From Myxococcales bacterium (GTDB taxonomy: Bacteria; Myxococcota_A; Polyangia; Polyangiales; Polyangiaceae): a stretch of DNA of 64,000 nt. A program made the position numbers and the translations under genes. Below are positions 1 to 9,707 of this stretch, piece by piece (the first letter of the stretch is position 1; every line of letters starts with the position of its first letter). The notes beneath the pieces were generated by a model. That model saw only the letters and a program-made list of their open reading frames with translations. It did not search any database and was not told the DNA's origin. The DNA lies in the NCBI GenBank assembly GCA_043747615.1, contig JAYTOU010000027.1, positions 1 through 64,000 of the forward strand, given 5' to 3'.

Positions 1-84
1 GCCAAAGGCCGCTCCCCGAAAGAATGGGGCGCTGCTCTCGGTCACTTTCAAATGCTCTTCGCCGACCGTTTTCCCGCCGGATGA
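1..84 (+). CDS. IS256-family transposase, 3' fragment
   Basis: Last 27 codons in frame 1 ending in TGA 82-84; absent from the ORF track because it is truncated. Confidence 0.7.
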   Translation, partial: AKGRSPKEWGAALGHFQMLFADRFPAG

Positions 85-117
85 AAGTGCAAGTTACACT
101 GAAATTCTGACAGGCTC
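1..117 (+). mobile_element. Right end of an IS256-family insertion sequence (transposase C-terminus plus terminal inverted repeat), truncated by window start
   Basis: Frame 1 reads AKGRSPKEWGAALGHFQMLFADRFPAG* (TGA 82-84), resembling the IS256 transposase C-terminus (W..A...F..LF.DR). It is followed by GTTACACTGAAATTCTGACAGGCTC (93-117), reverse complement GAGCCTGTCAGAATTTCAGTGTAAC, an IS256-like terminal repeat. Confidence 0.75.
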
Positions 118-619
118 CCTCTGCACGAAACGCCGCGAGACGCCGCAGTTCGAACGGCAACGACAGCACGTATTGTGAACCCGTGATTGGTCCTGATTCG
201 AGCCTTCCGCCCTCACAGGGATCCCGAAAGCGCGCTTCCGATCGCACCTTCGACCTCCGCAAACGAAATCAAAGCTCCGCGCGCGAACAAGTCGGCTGAA
301 ACGCGCCTCTTCTCAAGCTTCACCACCCCACGCGCCGCTCCCTGCGAGCGACCTGCTGTCGTCCGCGGGCCGCACCCGAGCCCAAATTCACGTCGTTTCC
401 CGCTTCGCGCGTGACCACGCCGCCCCGGACGTCCGCGTGCGAAGCCTTCACGCCGTTTGCGAAGCCCTCCGCGCCGCAAACAAAAAGAAACCTTCCACGC
501 AACCCGCTTCCCGACCTTGCCGACAGGGATTCAACGGCGAGGCGATGGTCGCAGCGTCGGTCCACGAGGCACGGAGCACCCTCCGCGTCTCACCCATGAG
601 CACCCAGGAAACAAAACCC

Positions 620-1432
620 ATGATTGCAGCAACAGAAACAGTCGGTACCGCCACCCTCGAAGACACTCCGCGACGCGCCCTCGAGCTCATTCGAGGTATC
701 GGCGCCTCTCCGGAGATCATGCGAGCCCTCGTCACGGCGGGTTACACCACGAAAGATCACGAGGAGGGCATCCGCCTCGTGAACGATGTCCTCGGCTACA
801 TCGCCCGTCCCTCTGCCGTCCCTTCGCCGTCCGCGCCCTCGTATGGCGCGGCGGTAAAAGAGATCAAGCAGTGGGTGAAGTCGGACTTTCGTCGCATCAA
901 GATCGGACTCCACCGCTTCTTCCCCGAGCAAGCCGAGTACCTCTTTACGGGTCTCGACGTCTCGGGGGTGATGGACGCCGTCGCGCTCGTCGAGATCTTT
1001 CTCAAGCGCCTCGGTTCTCTCGCCAACGATCCCGAACGCAAGGCCACGCGAAAGGCGGATCACGCCGCCCTCGCGATGCTCGAAACGCGCCGGGTCACGA
1101 AGGCGACCCTGAAACACCTCCATGCCCTCGTCACCGAAACCCACGCGACGCCCGCCGTTCCGCCCGTCGAAGCATCGACCGGCGAGACCGATGGCCGCCT
1201 CGAGGCCCTCATCGCCCTCCGCGCGTGGTACGCGGACTGGGCGGAAACGGCGCGCATCGTCCTCACGCGCCGCGACTACCTGATTCGCGTGGGCCTCGCC
1301 ACGCGTAAACCCCGCGCCGCCGCCGCGATGCCCGTCGTCGTGGCTCCGGTCGCGCCCTCGGCTCCGCCTGCTGCCCCCTCGGAGCCGGCGATGCTTGCGC
1401 TTCCTATGTCGACGAGCAGCCACGCGGCATGA
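620..1432 (+). CDS. Hypothetical helical protein with Pro/Ala-rich linkers
   Basis: Part of ORF 437..1432. ATG 620 is preceded by AGGA (alternative ATG 596). GC-rich third codon positions; followed by a terminator. Confidence 0.75.
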   Translation: MIAATETVGTATLEDTPRRALELIRGIGASPEIMRALVTAGYTTKDHEEGIRLVNDVLGYIARPSAVPSPSAPSYGAAVKEIKQWVKSDFRRIKIGLHRFFPEQAEYLFTGLDVSGVMDAVALVEIFLKRLGSLANDPERKATRKADHAALAMLETRRVTKATLKHLHALVTETHATPAVPPVEASTGETDGRLEALIALRAWYADWAETARIVLTRRDYLIRVGLATRKPRAAAAMPVVVAPVAPSAPPAAPSEPAMLALPMSTSSHAA

Positions 1433-1471
1433 GCACACACGCGGGTGCATCACCCGACGAAAACCGCCCCG

Positions 1472-1508
1472 AACGCGGAATCGAGAATGTCTCGGTTCCG
1501 CGTTTTTT
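1472..1508 (+). terminator. Intrinsic terminator between convergent genes
   Basis: 15-bp stem AACGCGGAATCGAGA / TCTCGGTTCCGCGTT (one G-U pair), 3-nt loop, running into a T tract. Confidence 0.8.
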
Positions 1509-1520
1509 CTTGTTCTAACT

Positions 1521-2894
1521 TCAGCCGCCGCAGCACTTCTTGAATTTCTTCCCGCTCCCGCATGAGCACGGCTCGTTTCTCCCGGGAGTCGGGCCTATGC
1601 GGATCGGCTCGTCGCGGTGCCATGTTGCATAGCGGGCGAGCAGATCGATCGTCCGGCTCGGGGTCCACGGGTTGTTGATGGCTTTCGCGAGATCCTTCGG
1701 GAGGAAAAAATCCTCGGGACGCGCGCGCGCCACGGTCGCGACAGCACAGATCGCGAGCGAGACGGCCTTCTCGTTGCCGAAGAGATCGGCCTCGTGCCGC
1801 AGCACCATCGTGCGGGCGAGATCCTCGGGGATATCCTCGGGATGCGCGTAGCGGAAAGGGGACGCTTCGGGCAGGTGACTGGTCCACAGCATGTAGAGAT
1901 CCCGCCCCACCTCGAGGGTGACGCCGTTGAAGCTGTCCGGATCGTCGAGCGCGCTGACGAGCAGGCCCGCGACCTCGCGGCGATAATCACTCAACGCCCC
2001 ATTTTTCTCGGTCGGTGGAGCGAGGAGGGCCTTCTTTGCCTCCGCGCGGAGGTTCGAGTGGCGGATCCCGATGCCGGCGAGGCCGACCATCGCGTCAAGC
2101 AGGCGAAGAGGCTCTTGCGTGCCCGCGAGCACCATCTTGTAGGAGGGCATGAGGGCACGACCGAGGCGAGCCGCACCCCACCACCCGCGCGCGGCGAGCG
2201 CATACATTCCATGCCCGGTGAGCACCCACGAGAGCGTTAGCTTGCTCTCCTCGAACGCCGGCACCAGTTCGTCGAGCCACGTCTTGTCTCCCATGGACGA
2301 GAGGAGCATCAGATGGCCCATCCCCCAGGCGAGCTTCCAGTAGGCCTCGAGCGCCTTCTCCGTGCGCGGCGATTTGTGGGTGATCGTCCGCGCAAGCTCG
2401 CGGTGGTCCAACAGCTCGGCGTTCGATTCGAGCATCTGCACGAACCACGAGTGACGGAACATTGGCTGCCACGCCGAAATAGCCACGAACTCTTCACGGC
2501 TGAGCGCTTCGCCTCGTGTGAAGAGGCGGCTCGTGATGTCGATCTCCTCCTCCCCCTTGCGCGTGAGACCCTTCGCGACGAGGCGGCGCTCGCGAAGATC
2601 ATCGAGGCGGGCGAGGAGCCCGTCGATTTGCCCGCGGGGCACGACCGGGAGATCCTTGGTAGACATTCCCGCGCCGAGGCAGGTCACGAACTGCCCCTCA
2701 CGGGTGACGACGACGTGAGGGCCCGCGCCCTCCGGGGCGATCGAGAGCGCGATGCGTCCCGCGTCCTTCGGGAGACTGACGTTGTCGATGAGGAAGCGCA
2801 CGCCCTCTGCGTCCCGGTAGAGCGAAAGCGCGAACTCCACCTCCACGCGGGAAGCGCGGTCGAGGCGCTCCAAGAAATGGTGGTCGTGCCCCAC
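1521..2894 (-). CDS. SEC-C metal-binding motif protein
   Basis: C-terminal PGRNEPCSCGSGKKFKKCC is the SEC-C motif; GTG start 12 nt after the bamA stop. Confidence 0.85.
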   Translation of the reverse strand: MGHDHHFLERLDRASRVEVEFALSLYRDAEGVRFLIDNVSLPKDAGRIALSIAPEGAGPHVVVTREGQFVTCLGAGMSTKDLPVVPRGQIDGLLARLDDLRERRLVAKGLTRKGEEEIDITSRLFTRGEALSREEFVAISAWQPMFRHSWFVQMLESNAELLDHRELARTITHKSPRTEKALEAYWKLAWGMGHLMLLSSMGDKTWLDELVPAFEESKLTLSWVLTGHGMYALAARGWWGAARLGRALMPSYKMVLAGTQEPLRLLDAMVGLAGIGIRHSNLRAEAKKALLAPPTEKNGALSDYRREVAGLLVSALDDPDSFNGVTLEVGRDLYMLWTSHLPEASPFRYAHPEDIPEDLARTMVLRHEADLFGNEKAVSLAICAVATVARARPEDFFLPKDLAKAINNPWTPSRTIDLLARYATWHRDEPIRIGPTPGRNEPCSCGSGKKFKKCCGG

Positions 2895-2906
2895 GTACCC
2901 GGGCTT

Positions 2907-5597
2907 CTAGAAGAAGTTTCCGATCGTGAACTCGAACACGTAGCTCTCCTCGTACGGCAGCGGCGCGAGCGGGAAGCCCCACTCGAATCGGAGCGGTCCG
3001 AGCGGCGAGAACCAGCGGATTCCAAAGCCGGTGCTGGTGCGCAAGTTCCCGAGGCTCCCCGCGCTGAAGCAGGGAGAGACCACCCGATTGAACTGCGGAG
3101 CCGGCGTGGTCTTGCAGAATTGATCTTCGGTGTTCCACGCGTTGCCTGCGTCGGTGAAGACGACGCCGCGAATACCGACCTTGTCGACGATCGGAAACTC
3201 GAGCTCGAGGTTGGCGTACGCTTGCAAGTTACCGCCGATGTTCGCGCCGTTCGGGATGGGGGGCGCGTTGATGTCGAGCGACTGGTTCAGCGGCAAGCGC
3301 GGACCGATGGTGCGCAGGCGGTAGCCGCGCACGTCGAGAATGCCGCCGAGGAAGAAGCGCTGGAAGATCGGCACCCCTTCCGGATGCGGGCTGGTGATGA
3401 GCCCCACCTCGGTGTTCAGCTTGAGGACGAAACCCGACCCCGGCTGCCCCGTTCCGCCGCCGAGCGGGTAATAAAAGCGCCCCGTGAAGCGGTGACGGAG
3501 GAACTCGATTTCGCTCCCCAGGATCTGGTTGGCAAACTCGGTGGAGAGCTGGAGATAGATGCCCGACGTCGGAAATAGACGGTTATCGCGCGTGTCGTAG
3601 ATGAGCGCTGGGCGAAGCGAGAACGTACGACCGTCGTTGAACAGGTTCGCCAGCGGCAGGCGCTGAAAGACGTTCACGAAGCCCGAGGTGGAGCCGAAGA
3701 AGGTGCTCACCTGGGAGGTGTTGACGGTGTCGTGCTCGACGGTGCCCGTAAGCGACAGACGCAACCAAGGCTGCACGAGCGCATAGCCGTAGGTGAGCGA
3801 GCCACCGAGGGAGCGCCGAGAGAAGTCCGGGAACACGTAGAGCTGATCGAAGAGCTCCGTGCTCATCGACCAGTCCGAGTTGAGGAAGTAGGGCTCGAAG
3901 AAACGGATGCTGATGATCTGACGGAGCCCGCTGATCTGGGCCTGGAGGGCCAGCGACTGCCCATTTCCAAAGAGGTTCGCCTGCTGCACCTGGGCGGTGG
4001 CGATGAAGTTTTCGACCGAGCTGAAACCGGCGCCGACCTGAAAGGTGCCGGTGGGGCGTTCGGCGATCTCGAAGAAGATGGAGACCCTGTCCGGCGAGGA
4101 CCCTTGCTCCGTCGTCACGTCGACGCGCTCGAAGTAGCCGAGGGCGGTGATGCGCCGCTTCGAGTCTTCGACCTTCGTCTCGGAGTAGAGCTGACCTTCT
4201 TCGATCTCCATCTCGCGGCGGAGGACTTTGTCGCGGGTCTTCGTGTTGCCCTTGATCTCGATCCGCTCGATGCGCGTGAGTGGCCCCCGCTTGATCGGAA
4301 TGACGATGTCGACTTCCTTGTGAACGGCGTCGACCTCGGTTTCAGGATCGGCTTCGACGCTGTAGTAGCCGGCGTCGCGGTAGACGGTACGCACCGCCTG
4401 GAGGTCTTTCACGATCTGCGCGCGGTTGAACCAATCCCCGCTTTTTGCCGAGATTTTCGTGCGGATCGCGCGACGGCCGCCGAGAGGCTCGATCTCGTTG
4501 CCGTCGTTGTCACGCTCGAAGATCTTGAGCTGACGAATCTTGAAGCGCGGCCCCTCGTGGATGGCGAGGGTGATCTCGATGCCTTCCCGGTCGGGGGTGA
4601 GCATCACGCGCGGCGTGCCGATCTGCACGCTCATGTAGCCCTTGTCGTAGTAGAGCGCGCTCACCAAAAGGACGTCGCGCTCGAACATGTCTTGGCGGTA
4701 CGGGCCGCCGGAGCCGAACGAGAAGAACGAGCTCTGGCCGGTCTGCATCGTCTCGCGCAGCTCGCTGTCAGCGACGTGCTCGTTGCCGATGAACGTGATG
4801 CGCCGCACGGTGACCGGCTGGTGCTCGGTGATCTTGAACTTGATGATCACCTCGTTGTCGCGCTGCGGCTCGATGGTGAACTCGACGTCCGCGAGGAAAT
4901 AGCCCTTCTCGGCGTAGGCGTCTTTGATCTTCTGGACGCTTCGGCGCACGGCCGGGACGCTCAGGATCGTGTTCGGCTTGACCTCGATCGCTTCGCTGAG
5001 CTTGTCGGCTTCGATCTCTTCGTTGCCCTCGAAGGCGAGCTCTTTGATGTTCGGCCGCTCGCGCACGAGGAAGCGAATGGTGACGCCCTTGTCGCCGCGG
5101 GTGAGGTCGACCTCGATGTCGTCGAAGAAGCCGGCGTCCCACAAGGCGCGGACGTCGGTCGTGAGGGCGTCGACCTTGAAGAGCTGTCCGGGCTTCAACT
5201 TCAAATACGAGATGACATCGTCTTTGGCGACGCGGCGGTTTCCGCTCACGTCGATGGCGGCAATGGGCTGCCCTTCGGATTTCTCCGCCTCTGTCTGCGG
5301 TAGACGAACGCTCGCCGCCCCCGTGTCCAAGGGTGAGCCCGACGCCGATCCGAGCCCGTTTCCGCCGTCCGGCGTGCCGCCGTCGCCCGAGATGTCCGTG
5401 CGGACGCCGCTGCTGACTGCGCCTGCATCTTTGTCTCCGCTCCGTGCGTCACGTGCTCCGCCGTCGACCTGCTGCGCCCACGCCGCACGGGGCAGAGCGA
5501 CGAGCACGAGAACGACCCAGAGAATCAGCCCGACGAAGCGACCATAGGCTGGCCGAAAAGACGGTGCCTGGCACGAGCGGAACGGGTTTGATCGCAT
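2907..5597 (-). CDS. bamA: Outer membrane protein assembly factor BamA
   Basis: POTRA repeats (IDVSGNRRV, LAFEGNEEI, ITFIGNEHV, IEIKGNTKTRDKVLRRE), DVRGY loop motif, WFSPLGPLRF, C-terminal FEFTIGNFF. Start uncertain (ORF extends to 5690). Confidence 0.95.
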   Translation of the reverse strand: MRSNPFRSCQAPSFRPAYGRFVGLILWVVLVLVALPRAAWAQQVDGGARDARSGDKDAGAVSSGVRTDISGDGGTPDGGNGLGSASGSPLDTGAASVRLPQTEAEKSEGQPIAAIDVSGNRRVAKDDVISYLKLKPGQLFKVDALTTDVRALWDAGFFDDIEVDLTRGDKGVTIRFLVRERPNIKELAFEGNEEIEADKLSEAIEVKPNTILSVPAVRRSVQKIKDAYAEKGYFLADVEFTIEPQRDNEVIIKFKITEHQPVTVRRITFIGNEHVADSELRETMQTGQSSFFSFGSGGPYRQDMFERDVLLVSALYYDKGYMSVQIGTPRVMLTPDREGIEITLAIHEGPRFKIRQLKIFERDNDGNEIEPLGGRRAIRTKISAKSGDWFNRAQIVKDLQAVRTVYRDAGYYSVEADPETEVDAVHKEVDIVIPIKRGPLTRIERIEIKGNTKTRDKVLRREMEIEEGQLYSETKVEDSKRRITALGYFERVDVTTEQGSSPDRVSIFFEIAERPTGTFQVGAGFSSVENFIATAQVQQANLFGNGQSLALQAQISGLRQIISIRFFEPYFLNSDWSMSTELFDQLYVFPDFSRRSLGGSLTYGYALVQPWLRLSLTGTVEHDTVNTSQVSTFFGSTSGFVNVFQRLPLANLFNDGRTFSLRPALIYDTRDNRLFPTSGIYLQLSTEFANQILGSEIEFLRHRFTGRFYYPLGGGTGQPGSGFVLKLNTEVGLITSPHPEGVPIFQRFFLGGILDVRGYRLRTIGPRLPLNQSLDINAPPIPNGANIGGNLQAYANLELEFPIVDKVGIRGVVFTDAGNAWNTEDQFCKTTPAPQFNRVVSPCFSAGSLGNLRTSTGFGIRWFSPLGPLRFEWGFPLAPLPYEESYVFEFTIGNFF

Positions 5598-5750
5598 GCG
5601 AGAGGGACGGGGAGGATCGGAAGGGGCCGCTGGGCAACTACGTGTGCAAGCGGGCCAGGTTCCGTAGCCCAGCAGAGCCTCCGAGGTCAATCGCGCTCAC
5701 GCCCTCCAAGGCCGGTTTTTGCCCTTGTATTTTCGAGACATGCGACGCGC

Positions 5751-7160
5751 TTACTTGCTGAGGCGCGCCGCCCCTGGGCGCGGTGGCTTGCTCAAACTCT
5801 GGAGGCGTTTTTCCATGCCGACGCGGAGCTTCTCGTACCCCTCGCCGAGCGGGATGGTCTTCGCGTACGCCAACGCTTCGCGAAGCATTTCCTTCTCACT
5901 CGCACGATCGCCTTGCGTCGCGAGGATGTCCGCCGTGAGCAGGAAGATCTTCAGCTTGCGCGGCCCATAAGCCTTTTGTCGCGCGCGCGCGGCAGCATCG
6001 AGAGCGTCGGGGTAGCGTTTGAGCTCGAAGTCGGCGCGGGCGATGCGGGCGGGCGGGTTGTAATCGTCCGGAAAGTCTCGCTCGCTCTCACTCAGCATGG
6101 GGAGCGCGCGCTCGACCTCTCCGAGCTCGATGTACGCGCTGAGCCGATGAGGGTCGAAGACCGCGCGGGCCGCCGGATTCGTGGCTTTTTTTGCCTCTCC
6201 TTCGAGAAAGGTCGCCCATGCTCCGGCCGCCTTTTTCGCCTCCCCAGGCGCGCCCTCGGACTTCAGGGCATAGACCAGCTCCTCGAAGGCGGCCGAGCGA
6301 TCGTCGGCGAGCACGGGCAGAGAGGGATCAGCGAGCATCCTCTTGAGCTCGCCGATGAGAGGAGCGAGCCGCGCGCGTTCGGGCGCACCTTTGGGAAGCT
6401 CGAGAGCACACCCCACGCCTCCCGTAGCCACATTCAGACACGACGTGCCCGGCGACAACTTCGCGACTTCGTCGCTTGCGAGGTCCGCGCATGCGGCGTG
6501 TTCTTTCGCTTCGCCCAGGCGCGCGACGAGCATGTCGACCACGATCGCGCGCTTCGGCCAAGCAAGAGGCGCGGCCTTCAGTGCGTCTCGGTAGGCGGCG
6601 ATCGCTCCGCGCGTGTCACCCTTGGCGGACGCCTGGTTGCCGCGCACGAGCGCCACGGCGGAGTCCCCGGTGTCGGGCGTTCCATCGAGCAGAGCGACGA
6701 GCTCGGGCGCGGTCAGCGAGCCGAGCCATTTCAGCGTCGGCGTCTCGCTCGCGAAGTCGATGACGAAGAGGGTAGGGAACACCGTGATCGGAAATTGCTT
6801 CACGAACGCCGCGTTTTCGGGGCGTTCCGTGTCGATCGCCAGCCATACGAACGCGTCTCTTTTTGCCTGGATGACGTCATCGGTGAAGACGAACGAGCGC
6901 ATGCTCATGCAGGTGTGGCACCACGTTGCCCAGGCATCGACGAAGAGTGGTAGGCGCTTTGCGCGCGCTTCGGCGAGGGCTCTCGGATAGTCGTCCTCGA
7001 TGAACGGAAGTGGACCCTTCGCGGGCGCGACTTTGGCGGAAGCCGGAGGTGATACCGCCTTCGCCGCCGTCGTGGGGCGCGCAGCGGGAGCAGACGTGCA
7101 ACCGGGCGCGAACATCGCGATCGCGACGACGAGGCTACGCCACGGCTTCCTTCCGCTCAC
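5751..7160 (-). CDS. Thioredoxin-family (WCHTC) lipoprotein with TPR-like helical C-terminus
   Basis: GTG 7160 overlaps the MFS stop (GTGA). Signal ending APGC, then DAWATWCHTC, FPT cis-Pro motif and TPR-like helices. The upstream part of ORF 5751..8150 is a shadow of the MFS gene. Confidence 0.85.
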   Translation of the reverse strand: MSGRKPWRSLVVAIAMFAPGCTSAPAARPTTAAKAVSPPASAKVAPAKGPLPFIEDDYPRALAEARAKRLPLFVDAWATWCHTCMSMRSFVFTDDVIQAKRDAFVWLAIDTERPENAAFVKQFPITVFPTLFVIDFASETPTLKWLGSLTAPELVALLDGTPDTGDSAVALVRGNQASAKGDTRGAIAAYRDALKAAPLAWPKRAIVVDMLVARLGEAKEHAACADLASDEVAKLSPGTSCLNVATGGVGCALELPKGAPERARLAPLIGELKRMLADPSLPVLADDRSAAFEELVYALKSEGAPGEAKKAAGAWATFLEGEAKKATNPAARAVFDPHRLSAYIELGEVERALPMLSESERDFPDDYNPPARIARADFELKRYPDALDAAARARQKAYGPRKLKIFLLTADILATQGDRASEKEMLREALAYAKTIPLGEGYEKLRVGMEKRLQSLSKPPRPGAARLSK

Positions 7161-8392
7161 GACGAGGACTCTACCACCCGCGCGGCACGAGGCTTCGGCA
7201 TCCACCAGATGCCCGCGCTGACAGCGAACGCGATGGGCAGCATGAGCATCGCCAGCTGCATCGGAGCGTGGTCGGCGATGAGGCCGATGAGCGCCGGTGA
7301 CCACAGGTCGCCGAAGAGATGGATGGCCAGGATTGACAGGGCCATGGCGCTGGCCCTGCGCTCGACGGGAACACTGCGAAGGATGACGGAGTTGATCGGA
7401 GAGGTGGAGACGAAGAGCGCGATCTCCGCGATGAAAATCCACGCGAAGAAGGAGGTCGCGGTCGGAGAAAGGATGGCTGCGAGCGCAAGAGGCGCCCCTA
7501 CCGCGACGGAGATGCTGCACACACGGAGGTACCCGAGAGCTGCGTTTCGCGACTCGTCCGGCTCGCCGCGATCCTTCTTCGCCGCGCGATCTCCCCACCA
7601 GCCGCCGACGGCCGTTCCAATGGCACCGGCGAGCACGGTGATCGCGCCGAAGCGAAAGTTGGCGATGTTGAGACCAATCTCGTAGCGCTTGTAGAGGTAG
7701 GTCGGAGCCCAATATGCGAAGGCCCCGATCGCGAACGTGTAGGCCGCGTAGCCGAGCACGCCGCGGCGAAAGAGACGGAGCGGAATGAGCGCTTTTGCGG
7801 CAGTGAGAACGCTCTCGCGCTTGGACAACGCGGACCTGGCGGGCTCGGCGATCAAGAGACAAAGCGCAGCGAAGAGAAGCCCCGGTCCACCGGCCACGAA
7901 GAACGCCGCCCGCCAGCCGAATTGATGCTCCACGCCGCCGCCAACGAAATAGCCGAGCGCAGATCCGATCGGGCTGGCCGCGTAAAAGACCGCGAGCCAG
8001 CGCCCTTTTTTGTCGGCGGGCGCGATGTCGTCGATGATCGTCGGCGCGATCGTGGCGTAGCTTGCCTCTCCCACGCCGACGAGAGCGCGGGCCGCAAAGA
8101 GCGTCCACCTTCCCGTGGCGAAGCCGGTGGCGACGGTGGCCACGCTCCACACCGCGACGCCGATGGCGATGAGCCCTTTTCGATTTCCGCGGTCGCCGAG
8201 CGAGCCGAAGATCGGGCTGGTGACGAAGTAGCCCACCAGAAAGATCGTGGCGAGCGCACCCCCTTCGAAGTGGGTGAGGGATAGGTCTTCGCTGATCTTC
8301 GGAAGCACCGCCGAGACCACCAAGCGGTCTAGGTAGTTCAGCAGGTTCAGCATCGTCAGAAGCGCGAGGATCTTCGCGGGGTGCTTGATCAT
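7157..8392 (-). CDS. MFS transporter, Spinster-like
   Basis: NLLNYLDR, GSLGDRGNRK (motif A), ARALVGVGEASY, multiple TM helices. Confidence 0.9.
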   Translation of the reverse strand: MIKHPAKILALLTMLNLLNYLDRLVVSAVLPKISEDLSLTHFEGGALATIFLVGYFVTSPIFGSLGDRGNRKGLIAIGVAVWSVATVATGFATGRWTLFAARALVGVGEASYATIAPTIIDDIAPADKKGRWLAVFYAASPIGSALGYFVGGGVEHQFGWRAAFFVAGGPGLLFAALCLLIAEPARSALSKRESVLTAAKALIPLRLFRRGVLGYAAYTFAIGAFAYWAPTYLYKRYEIGLNIANFRFGAITVLAGAIGTAVGGWWGDRAAKKDRGEPDESRNAALGYLRVCSISVAVGAPLALAAILSPTATSFFAWIFIAEIALFVSTSPINSVILRSVPVERRASAMALSILAIHLFGDLWSPALIGLIADHAPMQLAMLMLPIAFAVSAGIWWMPKPRAARVVESSS

Positions 8393-8428
8393 CTGCGCCT
8401 CGTCATGGCGTGGTCGCCCATGGCACGA

Positions 8429-9601
8429 TCACGCGGGCCGGCCCGACAGGACGATGAGAATGAGAATCACGAATATCAAGAGGAGGACGAGGAGCCCGAG
8501 AATCACGCCCACGAGCGTGGCACTCGACGCCCCGAGCGAAGCCAGCGCCGCCGGAGGGGAGAGGTCCACGACCGCCGGGGCCGGACGATGGGCATGGTGC
8601 GGAGGGGGCATGACCGGCTGCTGCATCGCGGGATGAGAAATCGGTGCCTCTGGGACGCGCGGCGTCGGCGGTGCAGACAGTACGGACGGTGGTGCAGGTG
8701 TCATCGGCGCCGCCACTTCTCGCCGCTGTTTCCCAGTGAAAACGGCGGTGGCATCGTCGCGTACGGCGTCGCCTCCCACTTGCCATGGCTGCTCGGAAAT
8801 CCGGGCATTCACGAGGGCGGCCGTCGGATCGTTCTCGGCGATCATGTCGCACAGAGCAACCGCCGCGGTGGTCGCCGCCGCAAACGACGCCGCCGCGAAG
8901 AACGAGCCGTCCCATGAGCTCACATGCGCTTGCCAGAGCACGGTCCCGGTTTCGCCGCTCTGCGCCCAATCGAGCTCGATTGGTCCGATGGTGGCTTCCG
9001 AGCGCAAATCGAAAGTCTCCGAAGCTCTGCGCGCGGCACGCACGCCCGCGACACGCGCTAGCACGAACGCCCGTCCATCGAGAAAGGAAGGAGATTTTAG
9101 GCGCTCGAGCGTACTTCCGCGCATCGTGACTTCGCAGTGCGCGACGACCGCCTTCCAGCTCGTGCTGCCGTCCGTTTCGGCCGAGGGGAGGATCTCCTGC
9201 ACCGCGCGAAAGAAGAGGCGCGTGTTGAGCGTGAGCGCGAAAAGAACGTAGCGATCGAGCGGCCTGAGCGAAGCCCACTCGGTATTGGTGAGCCGCCGCG
9301 CGGGTGTGATCGCCTTCAGCACTTCGGCAGGCGTCTCGGTAGCGTTCGGGTCGAGCATCCGCGGAACGAGTCGGAGCTCGCTCACCGACGCCTGGCGGAG
9401 GAGCGCCTGCACCACTGTCGTGTTGATCGACGGAAGGAGACCCTCCTGGACGATCGCCCAGCGCGCGTCGCGGTTGAGCGCTGCCCAGCCCTTCGTCGAA
9501 ATCACCACGCCTGCCGACAGAAGGGCGCGCATGCCCGCGAGCGGCGCCCTCGGGAGGTCCTCGGATACATCTTCGAAGGCGTAGAGCGTCTTTTCGGCCA
9601 T
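8429..9601 (-). CDS. Fusion: nitrate-reductase-associated (NarM-like) domain + degenerate MoaC-like domain + Pro-rich linker + C-terminal TM helix
   Basis: ATG 9601 (MAEKTLYAFED). EWASLRPLDRYVL resembles the NarM-type WxxLxPLQRFAL; VTMRGSTL...ARVAGVRAARR...AAVALCDM resembles MoaC; hydrophobic tail LVGVILGLLVLLLIFVILILIVL. Confidence 0.7.
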   Translation of the reverse strand: MAEKTLYAFEDVSEDLPRAPLAGMRALLSAGVVISTKGWAALNRDARWAIVQEGLLPSINTTVVQALLRQASVSELRLVPRMLDPNATETPAEVLKAITPARRLTNTEWASLRPLDRYVLFALTLNTRLFFRAVQEILPSAETDGSTSWKAVVAHCEVTMRGSTLERLKSPSFLDGRAFVLARVAGVRAARRASETFDLRSEATIGPIELDWAQSGETGTVLWQAHVSSWDGSFFAAASFAAATTAAVALCDMIAENDPTAALVNARISEQPWQVGGDAVRDDATAVFTGKQRREVAAPMTPAPPSVLSAPPTPRVPEAPISHPAMQQPVMPPPHHAHRPAPAVVDLSPPAALASLGASSATLVGVILGLLVLLLIFVILILIVLSGRPA

Positions 9602-9707
9602 CGTGGGAAGACACCGTAACCGGAACAAACGATGCTGAGAAACAGGGATAGCGAAACGCCCCCCGCTTGACATTTGTTCAACCATCGGGCTACCCGTCCG
9701 AAGTTGC

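Noticed and set aside
118..619. Possible ncRNA or riboswitch in the long leader, including the imperfect repeat TGCGAAGCC at 438 and 458
   Set aside because: No recognisable RNA family or convincing structure by eye; an Rfam/Infernal search would be needed.
2313..5303. Long + strand ORFs 2313..3578 and 3732..5303 (and similar ones such as 9690..11201, 17023..18105, 23502..24797, 36598..37869, 38777..39811)
   Set aside because: Antisense or alternate-frame shadows of well-supported genes, expected at high GC; no recognisable motifs.
7161..8150. N-terminal extension of the 799-aa ORF 5751..8150
   Set aside because: Lies within the MFS gene in another frame; the signal peptide starts at GTG 7160.
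9667..9696. TTGACA -35 box upstream of top6B
   Set aside because: No convincing TAnnnT at 16-18 nt spacing.
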